This document shows, piece after piece, positions 21,424 to 34,760 of a stretch of DNA of 64,000 bases. How positions within the stretch are numbered: position 1 is the first letter of the stretch; every line of letters starts with the position of its first letter. The notes under the pieces were generated by a model that was not told the origin of the DNA, made no database searches, and saw only the letters and a program-made list of their open reading frames with translations. Location of the stretch: assembly GCF_055900595.2 (NCBI RefSeq), contig NZ_CM148325.1. One strand, written 5' to 3'. Both the position numbers and the translations under genes were made by a program.

Positions 21424-21648
21424 TCAGTGTTTTATTACCTTAATCTTTTTACGGCATTCTTCAGCTCTTGCGCATGCTATTTTTTCACCTGTTTCATAAC
21501 ATTGCTGGCAGCCTAATCCAAATTTCATCGCCATATCATAACCTTCCCGAAAACCTCGGAACCACGCGTTACGAAGGTATTCATCATATTCCCCGTAGTC
21601 AATAATAACCATTTTATTTTCATGGGATTTTCCGGTATTCTCACTCAT
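21424..21648 (-). CDS. Small hypothetical protein (~74 aa, Cys-containing)
   Basis: Internal ATG at 21648 preceded by a GAGG ribosome-binding site; MSENTGKSHENKMVIIDYGEYDEYLRNAWFRGFREGYDMAMKFGLGCQQCYETGEKIACARAEECRKKIKVIKH; no family recognised. Confidence 0.25.
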   Translation of the reverse strand: MSENTGKSHENKMVIIDYGEYDEYLRNAWFRGFREGYDMAMKFGLGCQQCYETGEKIACARAEECRKKIKVIKH

Positions 21649-22615
21649 TTTCGATACCTCAATGCTTACAACAGAAAAGTATACTTTTACGAAGTTCGCC
21701 TTTGCAGGACTATATAAAGTTATCACTGGATGCAAGAGCCGGAAATCATGTATATCAGGATCAACTTTGTAATTCAATAACATATTATCCAGTGAAAAAG
21801 TAAGTATATTTAAGCTGGGGAAGGAGAAGGGGGACTTAATTTGATATTTTCATCAATAATATTATTTTACCTCCTCCATTATTCATTCAGGCCTGGTTCC
21901 GGGCGTAATTCCGATTTCTCTGTTGAAGCGATGCATTTATATTTAAATATTCACCTGTCATTGAATTTTATTTGAAATAGGAGAAAATCTCCTCCTGTAC
22001 TACAGATAACCCGGAATGTTCCTCGAAAGAAAATTCTGGCGCAGAATTCACGCCCGGTTCTGTTCAACATCATGCAGGATAACGATACCGAAACGTTAAA
22101 CTCTGGCAATTCTCGTGTTATACACAGGCAGGAGTGATTACTACGGTAAGAATTGCTGAAAAGGGGAGAACACTGAAGGCCTTATTCGCGAAGAATAAAG
22201 GAGACATTTCATGTAAATTATTATCAGAGATAACCTTCTCCAGGCGCTTTTGTTCGCTTCCTGAATTGCTACCTGATACATATTTACGGGATGCCAGCCT
22301 GGTGACTATAACTCCGAAAAGACCGATTATTGTATTGCGTGCATCCGGCATGTTTACAATGTACGCTGGTATCTAACGGAGTCTGACACAGATGCACGCA
22401 GGTGTATATTTTAACGTAATTATCCGGAAGGAACAGTATATTTTAATGCGGGAGTTGCATGAGCGGTATACGGGAGAAACTATCAGACCATGGGAGCTAC
22501 AGAGGTGCTTAAGTCTCGTAACATTATAATCTGCTCACCTGACTGGTGCTATTCTCACCTCAACACCAATGCACAAATAGCCTGGCTTATCGTTAATAAA
22601 AGTTACTCATACCGG

Positions 22616-23295
<680 letters not shown>

Positions 23296-23325
23296 TGATC
23301 CTACCCACGTAATGTGGACACGGCC

Positions 23326-23757
23326 CTAAGCGAGATTATGGTTTTCAAATTGTTCCGGGCTGAGACCGCCACAGGCACTGTGACGACGCCAGCGATTGTA
23401 ATCACACTCGATATAATTAAACACCGTTGCCCGCATTATTTCCCGGCTGCTAAAGCGTTCCCCGTGGATACATTCCACCTTCAGCGAATGAAAGAAGCTT
23501 TCCACACAGGCATTGTCATAACAGTAGCCTTTCGCACTCATACTGCCACGCAGGTTGTGTCGCTTCAGCAGCGCCTGATAATCCCCTGAACAGTATTGAC
23601 CACCACGGTCCGTATGAGCAATGACGCTTTCCGGGCGTCTTCTCCGCCACAACGCCATTTGCCGTGCATCACAGGCCAGTTGTGCTGTCATTCGCGGTGA
23701 CATCGACCAGCCAATGACGGCGCGTGACCACAGGTCGATGACTACTGTGAGATACAA
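23326..23757 (-). CDS. IS3 OrfB, part downstream of the intron (integrase core)
   Basis: ...[29 protein letters not shown]...HTDRGGQY...[15 protein letters not shown]... matches the IS3 OrfB catalytic region. Confidence 0.8.
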   Translation of the reverse strand: MYLTVVIDLWSRAVIGWSMSPRMTAQLACDARQMALWRRRRPESVIAHTDRGGQYCSGDYQALLKRHNLRGSMSAKGYCYDNACVESFFHSLKVECIHGERFSSREIMRATVFNYIECDYNRWRRHSACGGLSPEQFENHNLA

Positions 23758-23867
23758 CCAGCCCTCATCGGTACGCAGTAGAGTAAGAGGCAGGGCGTAG
23801 TCGGACTATTTCCCTGCCTCTCCTCCCCGAACCGGACATGCACCTTTCAGCGCATCCGGCTCTCCAT

Positions 23868-24098
23868 TTAAACGCTGGCGAACGCCATTGCCACTTCTGT
23901 AAAGCGCGATGTATACGTCTTTCTGGTTTCCGTCCTCAGATAGGGATTACCTTCGGGTAGCCGCCAGCGGAACAGCTTCTTGCCTTGCCCCACCAACCGG
24001 TACAGTATTTCGCCGCTGAGCTTGCCGTGATTGGTTTTACCAAATAAAACCCACGTTTTGCTCTGACCCGGTTTCGGTGATTTACACCACCACCTCAT
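23868..24098 (-). pseudogene. C-terminal segment of the intron-encoded protein, separated from the RT ORF by a stop/frame change
   Basis: 76-aa ORF ...WWCKSPKPGQSKTWVLFGKTNHGKLSGEILYRLVGQGKKLFRWRLPEGNPYLR... resembles the C-terminal tail of bacterial intron-encoded proteins; not in frame with 24150..25391. Confidence 0.5.
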
Positions 24099-24149
24099 CA
24101 GGGAAGCGATACTTGTACGGTATTTGCGGGCCAGCCAGTGAGCCAGCTT

Positions 24150-25391
24150 CTAGAACACGACACGGTCGATATAACTGAAGACTTTGGCCTTAAAATCAAC
24201 GAACTGATAGAACATGGCCCAGCCTTTCAGTTTTCGGTTGAGTTGTTTAGCCATATCGACTTTGCTTTCACTGTAGTTGCCTGATAACAGTGCTGTCAGC
24301 GATGCGGCGAAGTTTCTGGCTTTCTCCAGCGGGATCGTTGAGACCACTTGCATCTCGCCATAACGACTGCGTTTGCGAATGATCCTGTGCCCCAGAAAGA
24401 TAAAGCCGTCATTAACATGGGTGATTTTAGTCTTATCCATGTTCAGCCTGAGTTTCAGACTGCCTTCGAGCACACCCCGACACTCCTCCCTGATGGCTTC
24501 CGCCTGTGCTTTGGTGCCTTTGACGATGAGGACAAAATCATCGGCATAGCGGCAGTACGCCACCGCGGGTTTCCACTGCCAGTTTTCTCTGACCGCCGTA
24601 CTTCGGCCCCGTTGGATACTGTTATTCCAGTACCACCGATCTTTTCTTGCTTTCCCGCTCAGGTAGCGCTCATGCAGGTATTGATCGAACTCATTCAGCA
24701 TGATGTTCGACAATAGCGGCGATATAACACCGCCCTGTGGCACACCTTCACTGGCCGCCCGAAAGAGACCGACATCGATATGTCCCGCCTTGATGGTTTT
24801 CCACAGCAGAGTCATGAAACGTGCGTCACTGATCCTGCGGCGTACAGCCTTCATCAGCAGTCGATGATGTACGGTGTCGAAGTAACTGGACAGGTCGCCT
24901 TCAATCACCCAGCGTCCCCGGGTTTCACCGCAGTCGGTGAGCTGTAATTTCACCGTGCGGATCGAGTGGTGGACACTGCGCTCAGGCCGGAAGCCATATG
25001 AGAGCGTATGAAAATCACTCTCCCATATCGGCTCCATCGCCATCAGCATGGCCCGCTGAACAATACGATCCCGCAACGCGGGGATACCCAGTGGTCGCAG
25101 TTTGCCATTGCTTTTAGGGATGTAAACCCGCCTGGCGGGCAAGGGCTGGTAGTGGCCTGAGAGTAATTCATCCCTGAGGATTTGCAGCTCAACAGCCAGT
25201 CTGGCCTGTAGCATTGTTTTGTTCACGCCATCAACACCGGGGGTATTCGCCCCCTTTGATGAAAGCGTGATCCGCGCCGCTTCAGCCAGCCATTCTGGTT
25301 GTGTTATCAGACGCAGCAGCCGTTGAATCCGTAGGGACGGATCGGTGGCTGCCCATGTGGCAAGCTTGCGTTGCATTTCGCTGATTATCAA
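24150..25391 (-). CDS. Group II intron-encoded reverse transcriptase/maturase
   Basis: 413-aa ORF with RT motifs (LRPLGIPALRDRIVQ, YADDFVLIV) and a following maturase-like region. Confidence 0.8.
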   Translation of the reverse strand: MIISEMQRKLATWAATDPSLRIQRLLRLITQPEWLAEAARITLSSKGANTPGVDGVNKTMLQARLAVELQILRDELLSGHYQPLPARRVYIPKSNGKLRPLGIPALRDRIVQRAMLMAMEPIWESDFHTLSYGFRPERSVHHSIRTVKLQLTDCGETRGRWVIEGDLSSYFDTVHHRLLMKAVRRRISDARFMTLLWKTIKAGHIDVGLFRAASEGVPQGGVISPLLSNIMLNEFDQYLHERYLSGKARKDRWYWNNSIQRGRSTAVRENWQWKPAVAYCRYADDFVLIVKGTKAQAEAIREECRGVLEGSLKLRLNMDKTKITHVNDGFIFLGHRIIRKRSRYGEMQVVSTIPLEKARNFAASLTALLSGNYSESKVDMAKQLNRKLKGWAMFYQFVDFKAKVFSYIDRVVF

Positions 25392-26048
25392 AGGTCTTCA
25401 CCTCGTTAGGTCAGTTAATTTACGTCGCAGACACATTCAAACTGCTTCCCTTCGCCATGTAATGGGCTTTCCCCATCGCGGACTACTACGGAAGCTCCGC
25501 CAGCCAGCGCGTCATCGGAGCCATGCCCCCTTAACATCCGTCGCTGACCTTCCCCGGTTTGCCTGACTGGACTCAGACATACTGAGGAGGCTGCCCGTCG
25601 CACTCTTTATCCTTGCTTGCCGCAAGTTGGCAGAAGTCAGCAACGCGAGCGTGATAGACGCTGCTGCCCCGGAGTTTCGCATACATGTCAAAACACCTTC
25701 GACCGGCAGTGCTTACGTATCACTGCCAGTTCCTCCTGCACGGCCTGTCAGATCACGTAGGCCGTGGTGACGTTTTCAACCCACAGAGGCGGATTAACGG
25801 GTTCATATTCTTAAGCCTTTCAGTACTTAACCTTGAGGATCATCTCGGCTTAGTGATCTCGCCTCAATCCCCGTTGTCAGCGGGTTACATCACCCTGCGG
25901 GCATGCCGCAGGTCACTGCCGCTCAGGTTCTCCACCGTCACACCCGGTGGGATTGTTGGGTTTCTCATCGTGAGTTACCGGTTCAATATTCCAGACAGAC
26001 TCGTGGTTCATTTGAGCGTCTATGCTCGCCCTGAACTCCGGGCACACA

Positions 26049-26450
26049 GTACGTGATGTCACCCACCCACTTCTGGTTCGGGCCGCTGGCGCTGAAGTCC
26101 TGCTCCAGCAGATTCTCCAATACGGGCAGGCCATGTGCACGGTAGCTGGCCGGGCTGAACTTCCGGCTGGCTTTCGCCCGCAGCCCCTGACGACGCAGGC
26201 TGGCGGCAATGGTTTTAATATTGAACTCCGGCAGTTCGTCAGCAAGGCGGGGAGCACCGTATCGCTGCTTTGCCTCAAAGAATGCCTTATGGACAGCGGC
26301 ATCGCAGGTGAGCCGAAACTGTTGGCGCAGGCTCATCTGGTGACGACGCCTGAGCCAGACATACCAGCCGCTGCGGGCAACCCGAAGTACACGACACATC
26401 GCTTTGATGCTGAACTCTGCCCGATGATTTTCGATGAAGACATACTTCAT
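26049..26450 (-). CDS. IS3 OrfB, part upstream of the intron
   Basis: [30 protein letters not shown]...[12 protein letters not shown], then the ORF-track frame reads into intron sequence. Confidence 0.8.
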
Positions 26451-26746
26451 TTCAGGCGCTTCGCGAAGTATGTCGCGGCCTTTTGGAGGATGGCCAGTTC
26501 CTCAGCCTGCTCCGCCAGTTGTCGTTTAAGGCGGACATTTTCAGCGGCCAGTTCGCTTTCGCGCTCTGACGAACTCATTTGTTGCTGCTGTTTACTGCGC
26601 CAGGCATAAAGCTGAGATTCATACAGGCTGAGTTCACGGGCTGTGGCGGCCACACCGATGCGTTCAGCGAGTTTCAGGGCTTCGTTACGAAATTCAGGCG
26701 TATGTTGTTTACGGGGCTTCTTGCTGATTGATACTGGTTTTGTCAT
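26447..26746 (-). CDS. IS3 OrfA (HTH/leucine-zipper protein)
   Basis: 99-aa [56 protein letters not shown]... Confidence 0.85.
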   Translation of the reverse strand: MTKPVSISKKPRKQHTPEFRNEALKLAERIGVAATARELSLYESQLYAWRSKQQQQMSSSERESELAAENVRLKRQLAEQAEELAILQKAATYFAKRLK

Positions 26747-27030
26747 GAGTCACCCTGGTTAAGAGTTTACTCACTTAGTCCTGTGTCCACTATTGGTGGG
26801 TAAGATCAGTATGCGCTTACAGTCAAAGGTGTTCTGACATGTATGCAAAACACTGGGACATTAACGCTTATCACACTCGCGTTGCCGACCTCTGCCAATT
26901 TGCGGCAATCAAGACAAAGAGTGCGACGGGCAGTCTCCTCCCTCAGACAGGTGTGTACGATGCGGAGACATAGTAAACACTTGTTCGGAGACATGGTTGA
27001 TACTTACAACTAAGGCATCAGAACCCGTTT

Positions 27031-27971
27031 ATGGAGCCGCTTATGCCCAGGGAAGCGAGAGATACCATGTCACTACGTTCTGAGTTTGTTCTGCCCGCCT
27101 TCAGCACGGTGCATAACCTGATGGCCCGCAATGGCCTTCTGCCCGGTCTGGTTGCGGCAGCCCCGGCGACGGGCCGCTTCGAACACGCCGAACCAGCTCT
27201 GGCAGATGGATTTTAAGGGGCACTTTCCCTTTGGCGGTGGACGCTGCCATCCGTTAACGCTGCTGGATGATCATTCCCGTTTTTCCCTGTGTCTGGCTCA
27301 CTGCGCCAATGAACAACGGACGACCGTGCAGCAACAGCTGGTCAGCGTATTTGAACACTACGGACTGCCGGACAGGATGCACCTGGACGGCACTGGAGTT
27401 ATGGCTGATGCGTCAGGGTATCAAGGTGGGGCACTCCAGCCCGTACCATCCACAGACGCAGGGCAAGCTGGAACGTTTTCACCGCAGTCTGAAGGCGGAA
27501 GTTTTGCAGGGTAAGTGGTTTACAGATGCGGGTGAGTTGCAGCGCGCCTTCGATCACTGGCGTACAGTCTATAATCTTGAACGCCCGCATGAAGCTCTGG
27601 ATATGGCTGTTCCTGCCTCACGGTATCAGCCGTCAGCGCGACAGTTCAGGAGCAATGTAGAGCCGCCGGAGTATGACGAGGGTGTGGTAGTCAGGAAGGT
27701 GGATATCAGGGGTAAACTGAGTCTGAGAGGTGTCAGTCTGAGTGCGGGCAAGGCATTCAGAAATGAACGCCTGGGGCTGAAGGAGACGCAGGAAGACGGT
27801 CAGTATGAAGTCTGGTGGTACAGTACAAAAGTGGGGGTGATCGACCTGAAAAATAAGTCGATCACCATGGCAAAGAATGTTAAAAAGTGTTCACCATGTC
27901 CCCGAACACCTGTCTACCATGTCTCCGGATCGTACACAGGTGAACCCGGGAGGGTCAGCGATGGATATTAA
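27031..27971 (+). pseudogene. IS481-family transposase, 5'-truncated and frameshifted
   Basis: Three overlapping frames with integrase-core motifs (NQLWQMDFKGHFPFGG, SSPYHPQTQGKLERFHRSLK); begins directly beside the IS3 terminus at 26808. Confidence 0.55.
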
Positions 27972-28502
27972 GGAAACATGGCGCTGATGACGCGCTAGCG
28001 AAATGCAACGCAATCTTGCCACATAGGCAGCTACCGGCACCTCCAGACGGATAGAACGGCTACTGCGTCTGATAACACAACCAGAATGGCGGCAGCCCTG
28101 CAGACAGAAAATGTGGTAAAAGCGTTCAGACAGACTCTGAGGCTGGGAAAAATGACGAGTCCCCTGATACATCATTCTGTACTGTTCAGCTTTCTATCAA
28201 TCATTTCATGAAAAAAACGGGATGACTTGTTCAATCATGCTAAATGTTTGTAAAAACACAGCAATAAATTATATTAAATTCAGCCTTAATCAATAGATTA
28301 AATAACCGTAATAAATAAGAGTATTAGTGGTTTTTTCTATGGTTTTAATTGGTGGTATCTATTGGGGCAGCGTTGACACAGGTTTGATTTTTAAGAAAAA
28401 TACAAACTAATTTTAAGTCAAAAGAGTTTCATTGTCGTTCAAAGCGTTTATTTATTATAAATCAAAATATTAATTAGTTCTTTAATTTTTGTTATATACA
28501 AC

Positions 28503-29729
28503 ATGTCAGGAACTATACGAAAGATAATAAAAGAGGATGATGTATTTCATTCTTCTATTCGCCGTATTGAATGGTTGTTTGAAACATTCTCTTCTGTCTG
28601 TTTGTCTTTTTCCGGAGGAAAAGACTCCACTGTGCTGCTCCATCTTGCGGCTGATGTGGCTCGCAGGAAGAAACGTCGTTTCTCTGTATTATTCATTGAC
28701 TGGGAAGCTCAGTATCAGTGCACCATTGAACATGTTCAGAAGATGCGGGAAATGTACCGGGATGTGACGGATACCTTTTACTGGGTGGCACTCCCCCTGA
28801 CTACGGTAAATGGTGTCTCTCAGTTTCAGCCGGAATGGATATGCTGGGAACCAGGTGTGGAGTGGGTTCGTCAGCCACCAGATGACGCTATTACAGATAT
28901 GTCGTATTTCCCATTTTATCGGTATGCCATGACGTTTGAAGAATTTGTTCCGGCATTTTCTTCCTGGTTTGCCGGTAACCGGTGTGGAGTGGCAATACTG
29001 ACTGGTGTTCGTGCTGATGAATCGCTCAATCGCTTTATGGGACTGGTGTCTCAGCGCAAACTGAGATATGCAGATGATAAACCCTGGACCACAGCGTCAC
29101 CTGAAGGGTTTTATTACACCTTGTATCCGTTGTATGACTGGAAAGCCCGTGATATATGGATATATAACGCCAGAACCCGGGCTATCTACAATCCCCTGTA
29201 TGACCTGATGTACCGTGCCGGCGTGCCGTTACGCAACATGCGGGTCTGTGAGCCTTTTGGCCCGGAACAGCGTAAGGGACTGTGGCTTTACCATGTTCTG
29301 GAGCCGGAAACCTGGGCCAGGATGTGTGAGCGGGTGTCGGGTGCTGCCAGCGGGGCGCTTTATGCCAATGAGAGCGGTGCCTATTTTGCCCTGCGTAAGC
29401 GTATCACGAAGCCACCTCATCATACCTGGCGTAGCTATGCGATGTTCCTGCTGGATGTGATGCCGGAAAGAACGGCAGAACATTACCGTAATAAAATTGC
29501 TGTCTACCTGCGCTGGTATCAGACGCGGGGCTTCCCGGATGACATCCCGGATGAACAGGAGAATGACCTGGGGAGCCGGGATATCCCGTCCTGGCGACGT
29601 ATCTGTAAGACACTCATAAAGAATGATTTCTGGTGTCGGACCCTCTCCTTCAGTCCGAACAAACCCCGGCACTATGAACGTTATCTGCAGCGTATGAAAG
29701 AAAGGAGGAAGGAATGGGGGATTCTGTGA
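28503..29729 (+). CDS. ibrA: IbrA-like PAPS-reductase-family protein (PP-loop ATP pyrophosphatase fold with C-terminal extension)
   Basis: 408-aa ORF with PP-loop motif SFSGGKDS near the N-terminus, preceded by a ~500 bp AT-rich leader; stop overlaps the start of the ParB-like gene. Confidence 0.7.
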   Translation: MSGTIRKIIKEDDVFHSSIRRIEWLFETFSSVCLSFSGGKDSTVLLHLAADVARRKKRRFSVLFIDWEAQYQCTIEHVQKMREMYRDVTDTFYWVALPLTTVNGVSQFQPEWICWEPGVEWVRQPPDDAITDMSYFPFYRYAMTFEEFVPAFSSWFAGNRCGVAILTGVRADESLNRFMGLVSQRKLRYADDKPWTTASPEGFYYTLYPLYDWKARDIWIYNARTRAIYNPLYDLMYRAGVPLRNMRVCEPFGPEQRKGLWLYHVLEPETWARMCERVSGAASGALYANESGAYFALRKRITKPPHHTWRSYAMFLLDVMPERTAEHYRNKIAVYLRWYQTRGFPDDIPDEQENDLGSRDIPSWRRICKTLIKNDFWCRTLSFSPNKPRHYERYLQRMKERRKEWGIL

Positions 29730-30358
29730 CACCTGAGGTGGAAGTATTGAGCAACATGATTCGACAGTACTTCAGTCAGGAACGATCTGAAGAAGAGACC
29801 ATACGAGCCCTTAATCATCTGCGCAGGGTGTTGCATGAGGTCAGCCCTTTTGCACAGGAGCCTGTGGATTGTGTGTTGTGGGTGAAAGCGGATGAGGTGG
29901 TGGCCAACGATTACAATCCCAATGTCATGTCTTCCAGTGAAAAAAAACTGCTTAAACATTCACTGGAGCAGGATGGATTCACGCAGCCTGTGGTGGTTTC
30001 GGAAGAGAAGGAGCATTATCTGGTCGTGGATGGTTTTCATCGTCAGTTGCTGGGCAGGAAAGCGGATACGAGAAAACGTCTGAAGGGCTGGCTGCCAGTG
30101 GCCTGTATTAATCCAGAGAGAAAGGGACAGGCATCACGTATTGCCGCAACCATACGGCATAACCGTGCCAGGGGAAAACACCAGGTAACGTCAATGTCTG
30201 ACATTGTCAGGGACCTCTCACGTCTGGGCTGGACAGATGAGCGTATTGGCACAGAGTTGGGCATGGACCAGGATGAAGTGCTGAGGCTGAAACAGATTAG
30301 CGGGCTGACAGAGCTGTTTCAGGAAGAGGATTTCAGCCCTGCATGGACGGTTCGTTAA
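29714..30358 (+). CDS. ibrB: IbrB-like ParB/Srx-fold (ParB N-terminal nuclease-like domain) protein
   Basis: 214-aa ORF overlapping ibrA by 16 nt; region ...YLVVDGFHRQ... resembles the ParB N-terminal domain; C-terminal region HTH-like. Confidence 0.65.
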   Translation: MGDSVTPEVEVLSNMIRQYFSQERSEEETIRALNHLRRVLHEVSPFAQEPVDCVLWVKADEVVANDYNPNVMSSSEKKLLKHSLEQDGFTQPVVVSEEKEHYLVVDGFHRQLLGRKADTRKRLKGWLPVACINPERKGQASRIAATIRHNRARGKHQVTSMSDIVRDLSRLGWTDERIGTELGMDQDEVLRLKQISGLTELFQEEDFSPAWTVR

Positions 30359-30397
30359 GGGCTATGTTCTGACGAGAGTGTAATTTAAATTTTGTAA

Positions 30398-30598
30398 TTG
30401 CCTGTTTTTGATATGTTCCCTACACCGTGGAGACAGGCAATTGATAAACAAGAATCCAATGCTATTGCTGCCGAACTGGTAAATTGCCTTAAAACCGAAT
30501 CTGATCTTAACCTGTTTTTATACATGCTTACGAAGTGTACTGTTAAAGATGAGCTTAGCGCTGAACTCACAGAGCATCTTGGACATGAGAACACCTGA
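30398..30598 (+). pseudogene. IS256-family transposase N-terminal fragment
   Basis: ...LSAELTEHLGHEN resembles the IS256-type motif seen at 19059..19850 (ELTHHLGHEKNQ); short and uncertain. Confidence 0.3.
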
Positions 30599-30851
30599 GA
30601 ATAAAGGCAGCAATGCAAGTAAAGACTACTCGATTAAAACGCTGCTCATAAATGATGCCCTAACAATTTGTGAAATAGTATTTCGTCCGGGTGTTCGCTT
30701 TGTTTATGTCGTTACGGGGAAGTCATCTTCACAGGGATTTTTAGTCAGTTAGCATTACCGATATCCATTCACTAACTTACCGGAGATAATTGATGTCAAA
30801 ACCCCAATGGACCATTGAACAGTAAGCGGTTCGCCAGAACCGTATTGATAT

Positions 30852-31861
30852 TTACTGAGAGCTCAGATCAACTTTCCAGGGCAACAGATCGCGTACCCGG
30901 TTTGTCGGCCAGTCCTGGATATGCTCAATGACGTAACGCAGCCATTTTTCTGGTTCAACATTGTTCAGACGGCATGTGCCGATCAGCGAGTACAACACCG
31001 CCGCATGTTCGCCACCGCTGTCGGAACCCGCGAACAACCAGTTTTTCCGGCCTACGTCCACTCCCCGTAAGGCGTTCTCTGCGATGTTGTTGTCGATTTC
31101 CACCCAGCCATTACTGCAGTACACGTTCAGGCTATCTCACTGTTTCAGCAGGTAGGCGAACGCTTTTACCGTATCCGAGTGACGCGACAGTGTTTTCATC
31201 TGGGTCTGTATCCAGTCATACAGTGACTGCATCAGTGGCGCAGCTCTGGCTTTTCTTGCCGCCAGACGCTGTTCTGCTGTACATCCCCGGACTTCTGCCT
31301 CGATGGCATACAGTTCACCGATACGCTGCAGGGCTTCCGTGGTGATGTCAGTTGGCGCTCTTGCATGCAAATCGTGGATTTTCCTCCGGGCATGGGCCAT
31401 ACACGCGGCTTCCGTTATTCTGCCGGATTCGTATAACGCCCGGTAACCACCGTAAGTATCGGCCTGAAGCACACCGCTGTAACCGGCCAGATGATTCTGT
31501 GGATGGATACCTTTCCGGTCCTGACTGTACGCGAACCAGACCGCCGGGGGCATCTCCGACCCGGCATTACGGTCATCACGGACGTAGACCCACAGCCTGT
31601 CCGTTCGGTTTTTACCACTGCCTGGCTCCTGGACCGGAACGGGGATATCATCAGCATGGACTTTACCGGGCATCAGCACATACTGGCGCAGGACGTCATA
31701 CAGCGGCTCCAGCAGTTCAGCAACGGTGTCAGCTCCACGTCCTGACTGCGGTATATTTCTGACTGACGGTATAACGGCAGATGGTCTGCATACTTCCCGG
31801 TGACAACATGGGCCAGAAGCCCCGCTCCGGCATAACTGTGTGCAATGGGTTTTGAATGAGC
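30852..31861 (-). pseudogene. IS66-family tnpC, 3' two-thirds
   Basis: ...[34 protein letters not shown]..., ...[24 protein letters not shown]..., ...VYCSNGWVEIDNNIAENALRGV...; several frames. Confidence 0.6.
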
Positions 31862-33814
<1,953 letters not shown>

Positions 33815-34370
33815 TGAGCCGGCGCCTGCACGATATGGTCACACCGACAACAGGCCAGTTTCGGACTTGTGTTTCGATAACCTTAAAGGCGCAGCTGATA
33901 AGCTCCAGCTGCTCTGACACATCACATCCCAGAGAACTGAGTTCACCACCACAGGCAGGACAGCATTCCTCTTCTGGCCGGATAACCCGGGTTTCACGGG
34001 GAAGTGAGGCCGGTAACTGTTTACAGGCTGAAGACTGACGCAGGGCGGCGGATGGCAGTACCGGGTCATATTGCTCACCCAGCGTTTCCGCCATTTCTTC
34101 CTGAAGTGTGCTGATTCTCTCCTGTGCTTCCTGTATCTGTCGTTCGGTTTTTGCGCGAAGTTTTTCTGAGCTTTTACCGAAATGCATACGTTGCAGTTTC
34201 GCAACCAGCGCCTTCAGCCGGTTGATTTCAGAAGCATAAGCCGCCACCCTCTGTGAGAGCAGGCGGTTGTATTCAGCCATCTGGCGGATGGTGTCCTGTT
34301 GCGTCTGCAACAGTGCCCGCAGGCGGGGATTCTCATGAGCAAGTGAGGTGTCCATATACTCGCTTTGCAA
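33815..34370 (-). pseudogene. IS66-family tnpC, 5' part
   Basis: Leucine-zipper-like N-terminus and zinc-finger CPACGGEL...; the frame then reads into the IS100 terminus. Confidence 0.6.
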
Positions 34371-34374
34371 CGGG

Positions 34375-34659
34375 TTATATCCGGATGCCAGGCCGTTCTG
34401 TCCGTTTGGGATGTTGCCACGCGATCCCCTCCAGTAGCATGGATAACTGAGCTGGCGTCAGGTGCACTTTCCCTTCCCGGGTCACCGGCCAGATGAAGCG
34501 GCCCCGTTCCAGGCGTTTGGCGAACAGGCATAACCCATCACGATCGGCCCACAGTATTTTCACCATTTTGCCACTGCGGCCCCGGAAGACGAAGATATGC
34601 CCGGAGAACGGGTCATCCTTCAGGACGTTCTGAACTTTTGAGGACAGGCCGTTAAAGCC
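34375..34659 (-). pseudogene. IS66-family tnpB, N-terminally cut by IS21
   Basis: ...FNGLSSKVQNVLKDDPFSGHIFVFRGRSGKMVKILWADRDGLCLFAKRLERG...; the first ~18 codons of the ORF-track frame are IS21 terminal sequence. Confidence 0.6.
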
Positions 34660-34760
34660 TGTCAGCGCCAGTGATATAAGACGGTAATTCACCATTTGGA
34701 TTGTCCGCTCCACCCAACATGTTGTTTCCTTAAGGTTCTCACACCAGAAAGGACATCAAC

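Larger units (their letters stand above)
23778..26047 (-). mobile_element. Group II intron (bacterial type) inserted in IS3 orfB
   Basis: ~2270 bp; 5' end GUGUG (26047), 3' end ...UAC (23778); joining the flanks restores ...GDITY|LRTDEGW...; domain V-like hairpin CCGGATGCGC-TGAAAG-GTGCATGTCCGG ~30-90 nt from the 3' end; encodes an RT/maturase. Confidence 0.75.
23296..26808 (-). mobile_element. IS3 copy carrying a group II intron in orfB
   Basis: Terminal inverted repeats TGATCCTACCCACGTAATGTGGACACGGCC (23296) and TGATCTTACCCACCAATAGTGGACACAGGACTAAGTGAGTAAACTC (reverse, ending 26808); orfA and both halves of orfB present; 3513 bp total. Confidence 0.8.
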
